Positions 1 through 13,360 of a stretch of DNA of 64,000 nt are shown here, in pieces (position 1 is the stretch's first letter; every line of letters begins with the position of its first letter). Both the position numbers and the translations under genes were made by a program. The notes under the pieces were generated by a model that saw only the letters and a list, made by a program, of their open reading frames with translations, made no database searches and was not told the origin of the DNA. The stretch is from the NCBI RefSeq assembly GCF_006345805.1, contig NC_042999.1:104966001-105030000 (forward strand). The letters are read 5' to 3'. The DNA is from Octopus sinensis (lineage: Eukaryota).

Positions 1-2319
1 TGTATGCCTTCATTGTCAAGAAGAGCGTACTTGTAAATAATATCTTAACGGCAACAAAGGTATTACTAATGCGCAAATATACTATTGAAACCTCTATACA
101 TTTCTCTGACTTGCTAGATATAACAGCCATATGTATTTGCAATCATACTTTACCATCTTACACGAGATACATTATATTCGAAAAGAAGGGATGCCATAGT
201 CACAGCTGCCACTTTTAATTACAGGTTTGTTTGATCAAGAATGATCTGAACTTGAGCAACAAAAACAACAAGAGTTGCAACAAGAACAACCAACAACATC
301 ATTGAAATTATAAACTGCCATAATTGAAAAAAAAGACCCAGAAAACATTTCAATAAAAGCTAGGAATTAGAATTGCGAATCACCGCATTTTATAACATTG
401 TGAAAACTGCACAAATGTCTCTTTAGAAGACTAGAATCTGTTTACTCCCGATTAACCGTCGGTTTTCTATTAAAACCCAAGTATATTCGGTAATGTGATA
501 CTGCTTCAACATCTGGAAAAAAGGGAAAGCCATAAATACCCGTTTGTGTATAAATACATTACTGTATTGCATATTTAGTAGGTCATAGCATATCGTTAGA
601 GCTACAATCATTGACGTCCTGCAACATCTATTTGCATTACCATTCAAAGACTTGAAAAGTTAACTCCATATATATTCTGTTGCGTCTCTAATCGGTTTGT
701 TCTTCAAATGCTGTCTGGCTTTACTTCCATTTGCACTTCCTTTTTGTTAGCATATTTGTATTTTCACTGCAATGCTCGTATATCTTCCTTTCACTGTCAA
801 GCCAATTTTATTTCTTTCGCTTTTCCATTTGTTTAAAAATTTATAAAAGAAAACGTTTATTTCTCAAAATTTATAATGTATAAAATTTTATAAATTTTAA
901 AAAGAATTTTCCAGTTTGTTGTTCAGTGAATAAGTTTTCGTGAAAGCTAATCCATCATCTTTAATGAGATAACTGTGTTACCTTCACTCTTTTCTCTTAT
1001 CTTAGATATCAGTAAAATCAGAGCGGACTGTTTATCTACTATGTCTCAAGAATCAGACGGCAATTCATTCTAAAGATCGAAAGTTATGAAAGCAAAGCAA
1101 TAATTCAATACTAAATTTCTCTGCACCTTAATATTTTCACTTTTCATGTAAACGACATTTACTTAAAGCAACCAAACTTTCCATTTGAATTCGGTTTAGT
1201 AATGAATGTTAAGATTACAAAAGTAGATTGGATAATAGAGTACTGTCTAAAGAACTCGTGTTTAAAAACATTCATTGATTTTATATAGAACTTTTTCTTT
1301 TATCATCAATGGAAAGCTCAGTCTAACCCAGTCTAACCCGGACCAGATAAAAAACCTGGATTTTTTTAGTGGGTCTGTATCAAAAAAAGTAAACCACAAG
1401 TTAATTAAAGAAAATAATTATATTTGTAGCGATAAGACCGTCGGGGGACTCCTGAGTGATGCTTCAGGGCTGCATGCGACCCCGGGAGCAGTAGGTGCGA
1501 ACCACTGGTGCCAAGAAATATACTTTTTATTGCTATGAATAGCGGCGTAACTGTACAACTGATTCCAATTCGAAATATGAACTCAACGATTCCAGTTTAT
1601 TAATAGTGCTATTTGATTGTGCTTGCATTGAATGTTATCCTCATTTAACAACCTGGATATAAACCATTCCTAAAAGACATTTGAAGCAGAACTGTATTTC
1701 GACACAATTTCGACGAGCTTTTAAAAGTTAAATTCCAACACACGGACTTTTCTCCCTACATCATCTTTAGGCAAAAATCTATGAATAAAACGAATACCAC
1801 AAACTTATCGCCCATCATCTGTCCTGTTGCAGTATTTCTGTCTCAAATCGAGTGTCATAATCTTATCATTTCACATCATATCAGTTAGTTGAGGAAGGAA
1901 GGTATGCTGAATTCTTTGAGCCCTAGAAATTACAGCCACAACTGCCCCAAGTCATTATGTCATCTGTAAAAGGACGAGATACCTTAGTTAATATTATTTT
2001 TCCTATATTATATCTGGAATTAAGACGAGATTATTATGTTTCGATTGCATTTGATAGTAGAAATATTTGAACAGAGCTAACCTATAGATAAAAAAGAGTA
2101 GCAACAACATCGACCATGACTACCGCCATCACAAGAAGAACAACTAAGATTAAACATACTTAATTCCCACCAGCACCGTTGCTAAAAGTATGATTGGAAG
2201 TGAAAATCACAAATGTATTAGCCAGTATTGAACCTGTTGCGTACCTTCACTTCAAACTAGTGTTTCTTATGTTTATTTCAATTTTACCTTAACCGTCAAT
2301 ATCAATCCTAAAGGCGGAT

Positions 2320-2378
<59 letters not shown>

Positions 2379-3344
2379 GTTGAATCAAAATCATCCATCT
2401 TCCATTAGACTGTAAGTTATTTAATTAATATACAAGGCAATACAGAGTTATAAAAGAAACATTTCTCGTGGGACGTGTCAGAGTTGGTTTATTTACGAAA
2501 TTTTATTCATTTACTATTAGTCTTAGTCATAAAAATCTAATTTATTTTATTGCTCAGCAATTTTGTGAAGTTTAATGGTGTCACCGTTATGCATAGTTAA
2601 TCTCGTTTTAGTTATGACTGGGCGGCTCTTCGGTACTGAGTTTTCAGCGTGATTATAGGATTTTTTACTCGGATGATTATATCTCGAATTACATTATATA
2701 ATGCATTAAAGCTTCCTAAAGCAGCATAGCGTATTTTGAAAGAAATTTGGCTACTATTTCTAGCAGGTCAATCAAGCAAAGACGCACTATATGGATTCTC
2801 ATTTTTATAGCCAGTGTGTTAACGCGTGGATTACCCCATCACTTATTCAGTTCTAATAAACATAGTAGAGTACTTTTGAATCAGTCCTTCCATCATAAAA
2901 GTTAAGATATCGTCTGAGAAATAATTGTCTGCTATTATTAGCACATTGAGAAATCATATAGAAGTTCAATAGTCTGAGACTCTTAAGATAGCTCTAGATT
3001 CATACCATGCTCAATCCAACTAGAAAAGTTTTGTTGTACATCCCTTTAATCGCAAATCCTCGTATAATGGTTTTAAACATAGCCTGTGAGAACGTGGAAG
3101 TGTGTAAAGCAGGGTACACATGAAAAGGTATAATTAAGAACGGTATGCATCATAAATAAGGAGTTTCCAAAGTTTAACTTCGCTGAATGTAATTCAGAGA
3201 TACATTAAATGAGCAGAGCATTATTTCAGAGCAGGAGTTGTCAAAATGAAGAAACGCATTTAATTAACACTTTTGTGCGTAGTGCGGAAGGGAAGGAACA
3301 AGAGAAATTAGGAACAATGGAGGAAGGAACATATATACATGTAT

Positions 3345-3346
3345 GT

Positions 3347-3409
<63 letters not shown>

Positions 3410-4042
3410 CACACACGGACACACACACACAAACACACACACACACACTTATGTATATATGTATATATATATATATATATATTTACACACACATACACAC
3501 ACATATGTGTGTAAGAATTGAAAGGGATAAGAAAAGGAGAGTTATATCTGTAGAAATGCAAGAATTAATAGTTTAGTAGTATGAGAGAAAGAACCGTGCA
3601 GCAATCACGATGATTTAGAAAGAACAAAATAGAAAGTTAAGACAAATTCAAAATGAGAAAAATGACATGAATGATAACGATGATGATAATGATAGTGGTG
3701 GTGATGATGGTGATACTGATGAGGATGATGGTGGTGGTTGTGGTGATGGAGGAGCTGATGGTGGTGGTAATTGTGATAATAATGATGATAGCGTGTTGGA
3801 GAAGGTGCTTGACTATGAGTGTGATGAGGACTGAGAAAAAATGAAAATGATTATTACCTTGCGTGAGCTTTCTGTTAATATGATCCTGACGACGATGAAA
3901 ATGATGGTGATGATGTCTGTGATGGCCATCATGATGATGATGTTGGCAGTGGTGTTCATGATAGTGGTACTTCTGATAGTTATGGTGTCCATTGACGACG
4001 ATGATGAGGAGGATGAAGATGATGATGATGATGATGATGATA

Positions 4043-4082
<40 letters not shown>

Positions 4083-4434
4083 GGACGACGACGACAATGA
4101 CGATGACATTCGTGATAATGATGATATGAAGTTGACAAAAAGCTATTTATGATGATAATGATGATGACGGTGGGGACGATGATGACGTTGACAATCAGTT
4201 TAATGATGATGTGAAGCTGACAAAAATCTGATTATGACGATGTTGACGGCGGTTGTGATAATGATATTGATGGTGCAGCAAAACATTGATATCCTTCATC
4301 CAAGATAGTATCAATTACATTTATGACATGAAAAAAATAGATAACCCGAGTATCGATATATTGAGAACCAGAGGCATGTGAATAAGGATATGATCATGAA
4401 ATACAACTAAGAGTATGTAGTCAAATACAAGCAT

Positions 4435-4482
<48 letters not shown>

Positions 4483-4565
4483 GCACACACACACACATAC
4501 ACGAGCACTCATTTCCATCTGTCTATGTATTTATCTGCCTGTATGTCTGTCTGTTTGCCTGTCTA

Positions 4566-4597
<32 letters not shown>

Positions 4598-4620
4598 TCT
4601 ATCTACCTATCTATCTATCT
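3345..4620. repeat. compound microsatellite block: (CA)n, (TA)n, degenerate (GAT)n, (TCTA)n
   Basis: Directly visible; (GAT)n spans ~3665-4265. Confidence 0.95.
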
Positions 4621-7600
4621 GCGACTAAACCTGCAACCCCACCAAGCTTGCTTGGTGAGGAGGGTGTTTATTGGACACCCTGCGGGATGAAAATCAAAAC
4701 CCGTCAAAGGGCGGAGGACCTCTTGAGAGTCAACGGCCATCCAATAAATGTTAGGACGGGTACGCAGAAATTCCGGGATGGTGTCCGGCGTGCTGAAAGA
4801 CCACTGGGAGTGAGGCGCCCCTCAGCGTTTGTTAAAGAATGTCGTAGAAGGTCACTCTGATATAAAACCAGATATGCAGGGAATGGCATTGGACATTTTG
4901 GGGATCTTTGGTTTGTGCTAGAGATCACAGCGTTCCCACATCCCTGAGCCTGCGACTCATATTGGCACCAGACATCTTGCTCCGGCTTGTCGCAGGATAA
5001 TGTCAATAAAGTAGAGAGGGTCTATTAGGTGTTGTGCAAGCCTTATTGGACCTAAAACTCTGCACAGGCATTGCCGACCTCTGCTCGATATGTGCATTTT
5101 TTTCCCTCTATATATATTTATCTTATTTTTAGTATATATTGATCTTATTTTTAGTATATATCTTCTTCATTTTTAGTATATATTTTAATTTTTTTTATTC
5201 GGAAGTCCTGCGGCGATGGGAAGGTGGTGAATCATGCAGACCTGACGGGTTGGAAGCATGTAGTCAGCGACCTGCACGTAGGCAGCCCATACTAGATTTA
5301 AAGTCGTCTCCTTGTCGCCCAAGATAGTGCTAGGATTCGGTTGCTGCATGGGCGTCTGAGCATCTCCTGGATGAGGGCACTGCTAACCCGGAGACCGGGG
5401 AGGTTCTAGAAAAGATGGACCAAAAATTGCCTGTCTTTCCATTTCTGCTCAGTTTAGCGCGACTAACGGATGTCCACCCTCAGATCGAAAAACAAAGAGT
5501 CTTTTATCTATAAAATCTGGACGGAACTTAAACATTTCATGTTGGAATGTGCGCACTCTGTTGGACAACAAGAATGATTGCAGGCCTGAGAGACGCACTG
5601 CACTTGTTGCTCGTGAGCTGAACCATTATAAAATTGATATAGCTGCACTCTCAGAGACTCGTATAGAAGGTGATGGTCAGCTTGAGGAAGTAGGAGGTGG
5701 ATACACCTTTTTTTTGGAAACGAAGGCGGAAGGAGGAGCGCAGAGAGGCTAGTGTTGGTTTTGCAGTCCGATCTGATGTCCTTAAGAAGTTGGAAGAGCT
5801 CCCTGTTCCTATAAATGAACGTATAATGACGCTACGATTGCACTTGAAAGGTAAGCGGTTTGCTACTCTAATAAGTGTCTATGTACCTACTTTGACTAGC
5901 TGTAATGAAGAGAAAACAATCTTTTATACCCAGCTGAGAGCTATACCTAGAGAAATCCCCAATTCTGATAAATTCTGGGGGATTTTAATACCAGGGTTGG
6001 AACAGACTGTCAAACATGGAACTCTCTAGGACGTTTTGGAGTAGGGAAAATGAATAGGAATGGTCTCCTGCTATTGGAGCTTTGCGAAGAACATGGACTT
6101 TACATTGCAAGCACTCATTTTGTGCACAAAGCTGATCGTACAACAACATGGATGCATCCAAAGTTTGGCACTTTCTGGATTATGTCATCATCCGCAAGCG
6201 CGATATTTATGACATTTGTAATGTCAAGTCCTTGCATGGATCAGAATGCTGGACAGACCACAGTCTGGTGCGAGCAAAGTTCCGAATGGTGATTAGGACG
6301 AAAGAGAGAAGAGGGTCAGTCAGCATTCCTCGCCGTCTAAGTGTCCACAAGTTATATGATGTTGTGGTTAGGAATGAGCTTCAGACTCGCTTGACCAGCA
6401 TTGAAACTGCTGCAGCATGGGAAGATTTTCGAGACCAGGTTGTTCAATGTGAAGTCGAAACACTGGGGTATGTTACTGCCAGACACAGAGACTGGTTTGA
6501 TGAGAATGATGCTGAAATTCAGCGACTATTAGTGGTAAAGCGACATGCCCACATTGTGTTGCTGCACAGAGAACTGTCTACTGTGCAGCTAAGTCTAGCA
6601 CTTGCCCACTATAACAGTGTAAAATCACTACTGCAGCGATCTCTCAGGAAGATGCAGAACACTTGGCAGGAGGATCTTGCTCGTGATGTTCAGGCTGCTA
6701 CTGATGCAAATGACAGCAAGAAGCTTTACCATCTTATGAAGCGAGCTTATGGACCTAAGAGCTCCACATCAGCTCCTTTGCTTTCCAAGGAGTCTTCCAC
6801 TCTGTTTACTAAATCAAGAGAAATCACAGGTCGCTAGATTGAACATTTCTCTGAACTCCTAAACCATGAGTCAGTGGATGAAACAGTGATTGATACTATG
6901 CAACAAAAACCTATCATTGGCTCCTTAGACTCCTCGCCCTCAATAGATGAAGTAATGACATCAATAAGTAAATTGAATCTTGGTAGGGCACCTGGAAAAG
7001 ATGGAATTTGTGCTGAGGTCTCGCGATCTGGTGGTAATTGCATCACACAGTCCCTTCATGAACGTATTAGTGCAGTCTGGAGGGATGGTGTAATCCCTAA
7101 GGACTGGAAGGATGCAATTATTCTTCCTCTATGTAGAGGAAAAGGAGCTAGAACAATGTGTGGTAACTACAGAGGTATTGCTCTACTATCAGCTGCTGGC
7201 AAGGTTCTGGCAAATATTCTTCTTACCCGTTTGTATGGGTGTCTCGTAAATGATATCCTATCTGAATTTCAATGTGGCTTACGATCTGGTAGAGGGACAA
7301 TGGATATGATTTACACCGCAAGACAGATGCAGGAGAAGTGCTGTGAGCAGAATATGGATCTTGTCCAGGTATTCATTGATTTAACAAAGGCCTTTGATAC
7401 TGTAAATATGGCCGTTCTATGGAAAATACTTGGCACACTTGGATGTCAGGATCACTTTGTATCTAAAATTAAATCATTTCTTGATGGGATGGAGGCTTGG
7501 GTCAATGTTGGTGGTGCCATGGCGGGACCCATTCCTGTAGAGAATGGTGTCAAGCAGGGTGACATCCTTGTCCCAACTTTCTTTTCTTTGTACTTTGCTG

Positions 7601-8151
7601 CTGCTATTACTCATGCTTTTGCTAAGAGTAGCTCTCTGGAAATATATGTCAGATATCGATCTTCTGGCCGCCTCTTTAATCTTAGCCGATTTGCTGCTAA
7701 TTCAAAGGTTTCGCGGTCTATTATTCGTGACTTCCTTTATGCAGATGACTGTGACTTAGTCACTCATACAGTGGATGACATGCAAATACTCATGAATTGC
7801 ATTTCTGCTTCTTGCAGGGCATTTGGACTCAGCATTAGCCTGGACAAGACTGTTGTAATGTTCCAGCATGCACCAGGAAATCCATATATGGAACCAGCTA
7901 TCTTGGTTGAAGGAACAATTCTGAAGGTAGTAGACGAGTTTGTCTACCTGGGCAGCACACTCAGCCGTTCTTGCTCCCTGGAAGAGGAAATATCTTTCAG
8001 GTTGCAGAGAGCAACTAATTCCTTCCGGCCTCTTCAGTCTCGTGTCTGGTCCCAACATGGCATCGCAAGACGAACAAAAGTTGATGTGTACCGTGCTTGT
8101 GTACTGACATCGCTCCTCTACTCATGTGAGACATGGACTCTGTACAAACGT
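4621..8151 (+). mobile_element. RTE-clade LINE with long 5'UTR, APE endonuclease and RT; frameshifted; 3' end missing
   Basis: APE motifs WNVRTL, DIAALSETR, GYTFFW and LDYVI (5.5-6.3 kb). RT motifs NYRGIALLS, QCGLRSGRGT, FIDLTKAFD, GVKQG, LYADD, YLGS and YSCETW (ORF 6874-8193). Homology stops abruptly at ~8151. Confidence 0.95.
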
Positions 8152-8394
8152 ACCCCTCCCTCTTCACTTGTTCCCTACCTATTATTCCTTTAACCCTTCT
8201 CTTCCTACTATCTATCTTTGACGTCAATTCATCTAACGGTTTTTTTAAAAACACTCATTATCGTTTTGTTTACCATGTAGGTAGTCTTCGAAACATATGT
8301 CGAGAGTAAAGGAATTGAAAAGTTTGCAAGTTGCAACGAAACTTCAATGACCTGAACAACAACAAAACAACAACAACAACAACAACAGCAATAA

Positions 8395-8600
8395 TGATTA
8401 TAATTATAACAAAAACATCGAAAAATACCTTAGGAATGAGAACTCAAGTTTGAAATTTTGCCAAGACACCTGAAGAAGGCTGCAGGGTTTATCAGCCGAA
8501 ACGTTGTGTTAACAACAAACAAGATGAGGACAAATATACGTTGAATGTAAATAATGTAAATAATGCACATAATTCCCCATCTCTTAAATATAGAACTGCA
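8395..8600 (+). mobile_element. short Penelope-like-derived element carrying a hammerhead ribozyme
   Basis: Non-coding ~200 bp next to a (CAA)n tract, with a central CTGAAGA...GAAACGTT hammerhead motif typical of PLE terminal repeats. Confidence 0.65.
8465..8510 (+). ncRNA. minimal type I hammerhead ribozyme (PLE-type)
   Basis: Stem I GACAC/GTGTT; core CTGAAGA plus one extra A; stem II GGCTG/CAGCC; GAAA; loopless stem III CG; cleavage triplet GTT. Confidence 0.8.
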
Positions 8601-8784
8601 AGTCGCTATTAGTTACATTTGAAGTCTTCTTCGAACATTCAGATTGCAGTTTACCTGAAGTGAAGCAAGATAATTATTGATAAGGAGAGTTGAAATTAAT
8701 GCGTGCACAATTTCACTGCTCAAGAATCACTCGTTCAACGTCAGCCTATGAACTCTTCCGCCTAACTTCGTATATCTGCGCATG

Positions 8785-8912
8785 TATTCCCCCGATGTCG
8801 ACTAATCCTCTTTTCTGGGTCGGCAAAATAAGTACCAGTTGAGTATTGGGTTCCGTGTAATCGACTTACAACTTACCGCGAAGTTACTAGCCCTGCGCCA
8901 AAATTTGAGAGC
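8785..8912 (+). mobile_element. degenerate SINE family A fragment
   Basis: GTCGAC...GGGTCGGCAAAATAAGTACCAGTTGAGTATTGGG resembles the central domain of the copies at 14.1-14.5 kb. Confidence 0.55.
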
Positions 8913-9195
8913 AATTTATATCTGCACGTTAAATTTTATCGTTACATAAGTATGGCACAAGGACCATTTTCTGAAGAAAAACCGTATATTTCAAGTATGT
9001 GTATTCGACTACTATATATTATAGGAATTGATATGCACGGATTTATATCACTGTTTTTGGTTTTCAAACAGTGTATTCAAAAAGTCAAGCTTATCATGCA
9101 AAGCGTGATGGGGTTAAGATTTTAGTCAATGAAAACCCGTCCATGGAACAGCTAATATTGGGATTCAAGCAGTACTCACTGTCTAATTGATACAC

Positions 9196-9621
9196 CACAC
9201 ACAAATGCACACACACACACTGGCACACACACACACATGCACATTCACACACATACACAAACACACAAACATATACACAATACACAGGCAAATACATACT
9301 ATCATTCGGATGATGATAATATTATGAACTATTTCCTGTCTTTACCCTTCTACAAAGATATGTCTATGTTTCATATCTGTAATGGATGAGGCCTTAGTAT
9401 TGTGACATCATGTGTTTCTAGAAAGGCTTTGTAAGTGTATATGCAAAGAACATACATTTGCACAAACACAAACACAATGAAACTCAGAGGCAGATGTATA
9501 CAAATATATGCACATATACATATATAAACTATCCTTTTCACAAAACGTGGGAACATGAGCCAGTCTCCCTATACACGCACTCACGTGGATATATATATAA
9601 TATATATATATATGTATGTAT

Positions 9622-9666
<45 letters not shown>

Positions 9667-9706
9667 ATATATATAATATATATATATATGTACAGTTGTA
9701 TGTGTA

Positions 9707-9745
<39 letters not shown>

Positions 9746-9794
9746 GTATACATACATACACATACACACACACATTCACACACACACACACACA

Positions 9795-9841
<47 letters not shown>

Positions 9842-10196
9842 CACGTCCATATACATTTCTGCATTTGCATGTGTATTTGTGTCCCAGAGTGTATATATGT
9901 GTATATTTGTGTGTATAATCACAGGCATTTGTATACTTGTATGCAATTAATCTTGCATGTGCATGCTTTGTAACATAATTGCCAGTTAGGATAGATCATT
10001 GAAAGGTAAACGCATAAAGAAGACGGAAGCAAAGTTAAAGAATTTGAAGGACTTAAGTGAAAAAGATGACAGGATGTAGGAAAATACAGGAAACGGGAGG
10101 AAGACAGGAAGTGAGAAGGAAAATAAAATGGAAGGAAAGTGTAAGATAGTGAAAGAAGACGGCCTTGAAACCTGCATAGTTACATGTATACACATC

Positions 10197-10241
<45 letters not shown>

Positions 10242-10267
10242 GTCCATAAATGCATATATATATGTGT

Positions 10268-10298
<31 letters not shown>

Positions 10299-10300
10299 CG
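9196..10300. repeat. compound (CA)n/(TA)n/(CT)n/(TG)n microsatellites
   Basis: Directly visible. Confidence 0.95.
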
Positions 10301-11727
10301 GTCGTATTTGTGTGTATTTATCAACAGAGACACGCATACCCAAGCACAGATATGCACACAAATCTGTACAAGCCTACACTTGAACACAAATATATACCTT
10401 CATTGAAATGCCACTTGCTCAACGCTAGAACAAACCTGAAAAAGCTATACACTGCGAATAAATTATACCCAATAGGATTTTCCTTGACAGAAAATGGAAT
10501 TGCATATTTACATTTCATGTTATCACATATGAAGTTTGAATATTGGCTCTAGGGAAGATATCTGTATTATAAAGAAATCATTAGGTTTCTTTGACTAAAT
10601 AAACACACCCTTTATATGTAATTATCCTCATTGATTACATCGTAGTTAACGTTGTTTTATGTTGTAGAATTCTTTGTAATGCCCTTGTTGTTGCATGCGT
10701 GTGTATGCTAGCTTTTACACGGTAATTGATAGTTGTATATGGACTAAAATATGTTGCATATCATCAAAATTGTGTGTTTGTATCAACGATATCTGGGTGA
10801 GAACAGTTAAGATTCTTTCTTTTTCATTTTCATTTTGTGGTGCGTTGAATTACATAAGTAAGCAAAAGAACTTTCTTTTGCCTTGAAAACAGACGGAGTA
10901 AAACGGAATATACACTTTCTATATCTCCCGACTCGGAATCTAAATATGTAGGTGCCTTAAGCGGAGGACTCACATAATGCGTCCAAGGGTCAACTGTTTA
11001 TGTGGTATTGTCTAAGAGCAAGTACAACATATGCTACGAGTGTACGAAAAGTTTTATCTAGCCAGAGTCAAAAATGTCTGAGTCACCTGAAGCTGATGTA
11101 GAAATAAAGTTATATAAAGCGTAGCTCCTTTGAGGTATGTAGTTTATTGTCATTTCCCTATACTCATCAAGATAAAAAGTATTTGTTTTAGCGGAGACTA
11201 AGTTAGAAGACACAATATGATCATTTGTCATCCTAGATGACTTAGATGAGGAGTAAATCTGAGTAAATCAAAATATTAATAAAGAAGTTGTTCCAAACTG
11301 AATGATGTGATTGAATGCGAAATATTAGAGATATAAAAGAGTTTGAGTTAAGTTCAAATAGCTGAAAGTGATGGCATTCTCAATTTGTATCAATGATATA
11401 TACTGAGCTATAAGTACTATGCACTTATAGCGAAAAAGCTAGTTAGATTGACTACATTTGCCTACCACTAGTTGTACTCAGTTATGTGCATTCTGTTGTC
11501 TAAGAAAACCTGAACATCTATGAAAACTGCACCTCTTCCTCGTTTAGATGCATCTCGGACTAAATGGATTTCTGCTTCATTAGACTATTATGTTGTTCTT
11601 TCACGATGAAATTATTGTCCTAACATATCAAGTTACTTTACCAATAATGTCTCATAGTTGATTCAAGCAAATATGTCTGTGCATACATACACACATACAT
11701 ACATACATACATACATACATGCATACA

Positions 11728-11760
<33 letters not shown>

Positions 11761-11820
11761 TCACACACATATCTCCCTCTCTATCTATCTCTCCTTCTCT
11801 CCCCCCTCTCTCTCTCTCTC

Positions 11821-11858
<38 letters not shown>

Positions 11859-11861
<3 letters not shown>

Positions 11862-12752
11862 GGTGTAGTGAATAAACTGTCATCTAAATTACGCAAAAAT
11901 GAAAATAACACTGACATCTTATTTTAATAGATATATTTACGAAAATTACATAAAAATACCTTGAAATACTAATGAGTATATCTCTCTCTATATAAACGGC
12001 AGTTTGTCTGTCTGTGTGTCTGTTAGGTTGTACCCTCACCCTGACCACGGCTTTCAACCGATTCTGATGAAACTTGACACACACATAGCCCAATGTCATA
12101 ATTCAAAACTAACGCAGCGAAAATTTTGAAAAGTTCCCCCAGTTCTGAAAAAAATCGATAAATTCAACATGGGGTCGAGAATCAGAAACACAAACCACAG
12201 ACTGTCTAGGGGAGGCAACTCGACCGTTTTTAACTCTCAAAAAAAATTTACCATTATTTTTTTTCCATTTTTTTGCTATTTTTTGGCTATAACTCTCTAA
12301 AAATGCTTTATAGTTATTTCCCTTACAATCCCGAGCAACGCCGGGCGATACTGCTAGTTTATTCAATAAAATCACCTTTGGTGTCAATCACAGCCTCCAG
12401 ACGACTGCAACTCTTCTGGATAGTCTCCTTGTTTAAGTTGGTGAATGCTGCCATAATCCTTGCTTTTAGTTCATCTTTGGTTTTACAAAGTGTTTTGTTG
12501 GATTCTCGCTGAAATGCGCCCCACATATAATAATAAAGGGGGTTGCAGTCTGTGGAGTTAGGTGTCCAGATGTTAGGTGTGATATGGTTGCAGAAATTAT
12601 CTGATAGCCATGACTGGGTTCCTTTGCTTGTGTGGCAAGGTGCAGAGTCCTGTTGCCAGATATAAGGTCTTCCAGAAGCCACCCTCCTGACCCAGAGCAG
12701 CACTACCTCCTCCGGGCACTTGATGCGGGCCTCCTTATTCAGTGTGTAATTT
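11859..12752 (-). mobile_element. Tc1/mariner DD37D (maT-like) transposon, 3' half, interrupted by a Helitron
   Basis: ORF 12359-12703 reads WQQDSAPCHT...NSTDCNPL(Y)YY, with 37 residues between the second D and the mutated third D position. A TIR-like end CATGGTGTAGTGAATAAA follows TA at 11857-11858. Confidence 0.85.
11981..12357 (+). mobile_element. non-autonomous Helitron
   Basis: A|TC 5' end, subterminal hairpin CCCGAGCAACGCCGGG, CTAG|T 3' end; inserted at an AT dinucleotide with no TSD. Confidence 0.85.
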
Positions 12753-12789
12753 TCGGCTCTGAAATATTCAAAAGTCTGAAGGATTTGTT

Positions 12790-13025
12790 GTGGGCGTAAT
12801 ATGGAATATGGATAGCTCTAATAAACACTGATAGCATTTACTTCATAAATGATTGCTTATTTATAATGTGTTTAATTATGCATTTTTCTATTAAATATAC
12901 TTTTTATCAATATCTGCAATTATGGCATGTTTTTAGAAATATTTAATGTGCTGAGCAAGCTTTATAATGATGTTTTCATCCCGAAGGTACAAAATTTGTT
13001 TCCACGCGTTTTTGAGACACACCTG
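12790..13025. mobile_element. probable Tc1/mariner or MITE terminus
   Basis: Ends in GAGACACACCTG|TA (reverse complement TA|CAGGTGTGTCTCAAAAA), a typical ITm TIR. The partner end was not found. Confidence 0.35.
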
Positions 13026-13074
13026 TATTTCGTTATTGCCGTATTAACGCCTCTTCGTTGGAAATAATGGAACT

Positions 13075-13101
13075 TTATTGTTATTATTATTATTATTATT
13101 A

Positions 13102-13170
<69 letters not shown>

Positions 13171-13318
13171 TATTATTATTTTTATTATTATTATCATTAT
13201 TATCATTATTATCATTATTATTATTATTAGCAGTAGTAGTGGTATTATTATTAGTATTAGAAGATTTAGTAGTAGTAGTACTAGTATGGTAGTATATTTG
13301 CTGTTGTTGCTGTTATTA

Positions 13319-13360
<42 letters not shown>

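Noticed and set aside
423-647. 74-aa minus-strand ORF
   Set aside because: Non-ATG start, no recognisable motif, and neighbouring frames are full of stops.
3209-4518. ORFs with poly-HT, poly-CV, poly-D or poly-S tracts
   Set aside because: They are translations of (CA)n, (TA)n and (GAT)n microsatellites, with no domain or splice support. The same applies to similar ORFs throughout the window.
4624-4668. Twister ribozyme at the RTE 5' boundary (TAA...GC...CCAAGC...GAGGAGGG)
   Set aside because: The words resemble a twister, but P2, P4 and the T1/T2 pseudoknots cannot be built consistently. Kept only as part of the structured 5'UTR finding.
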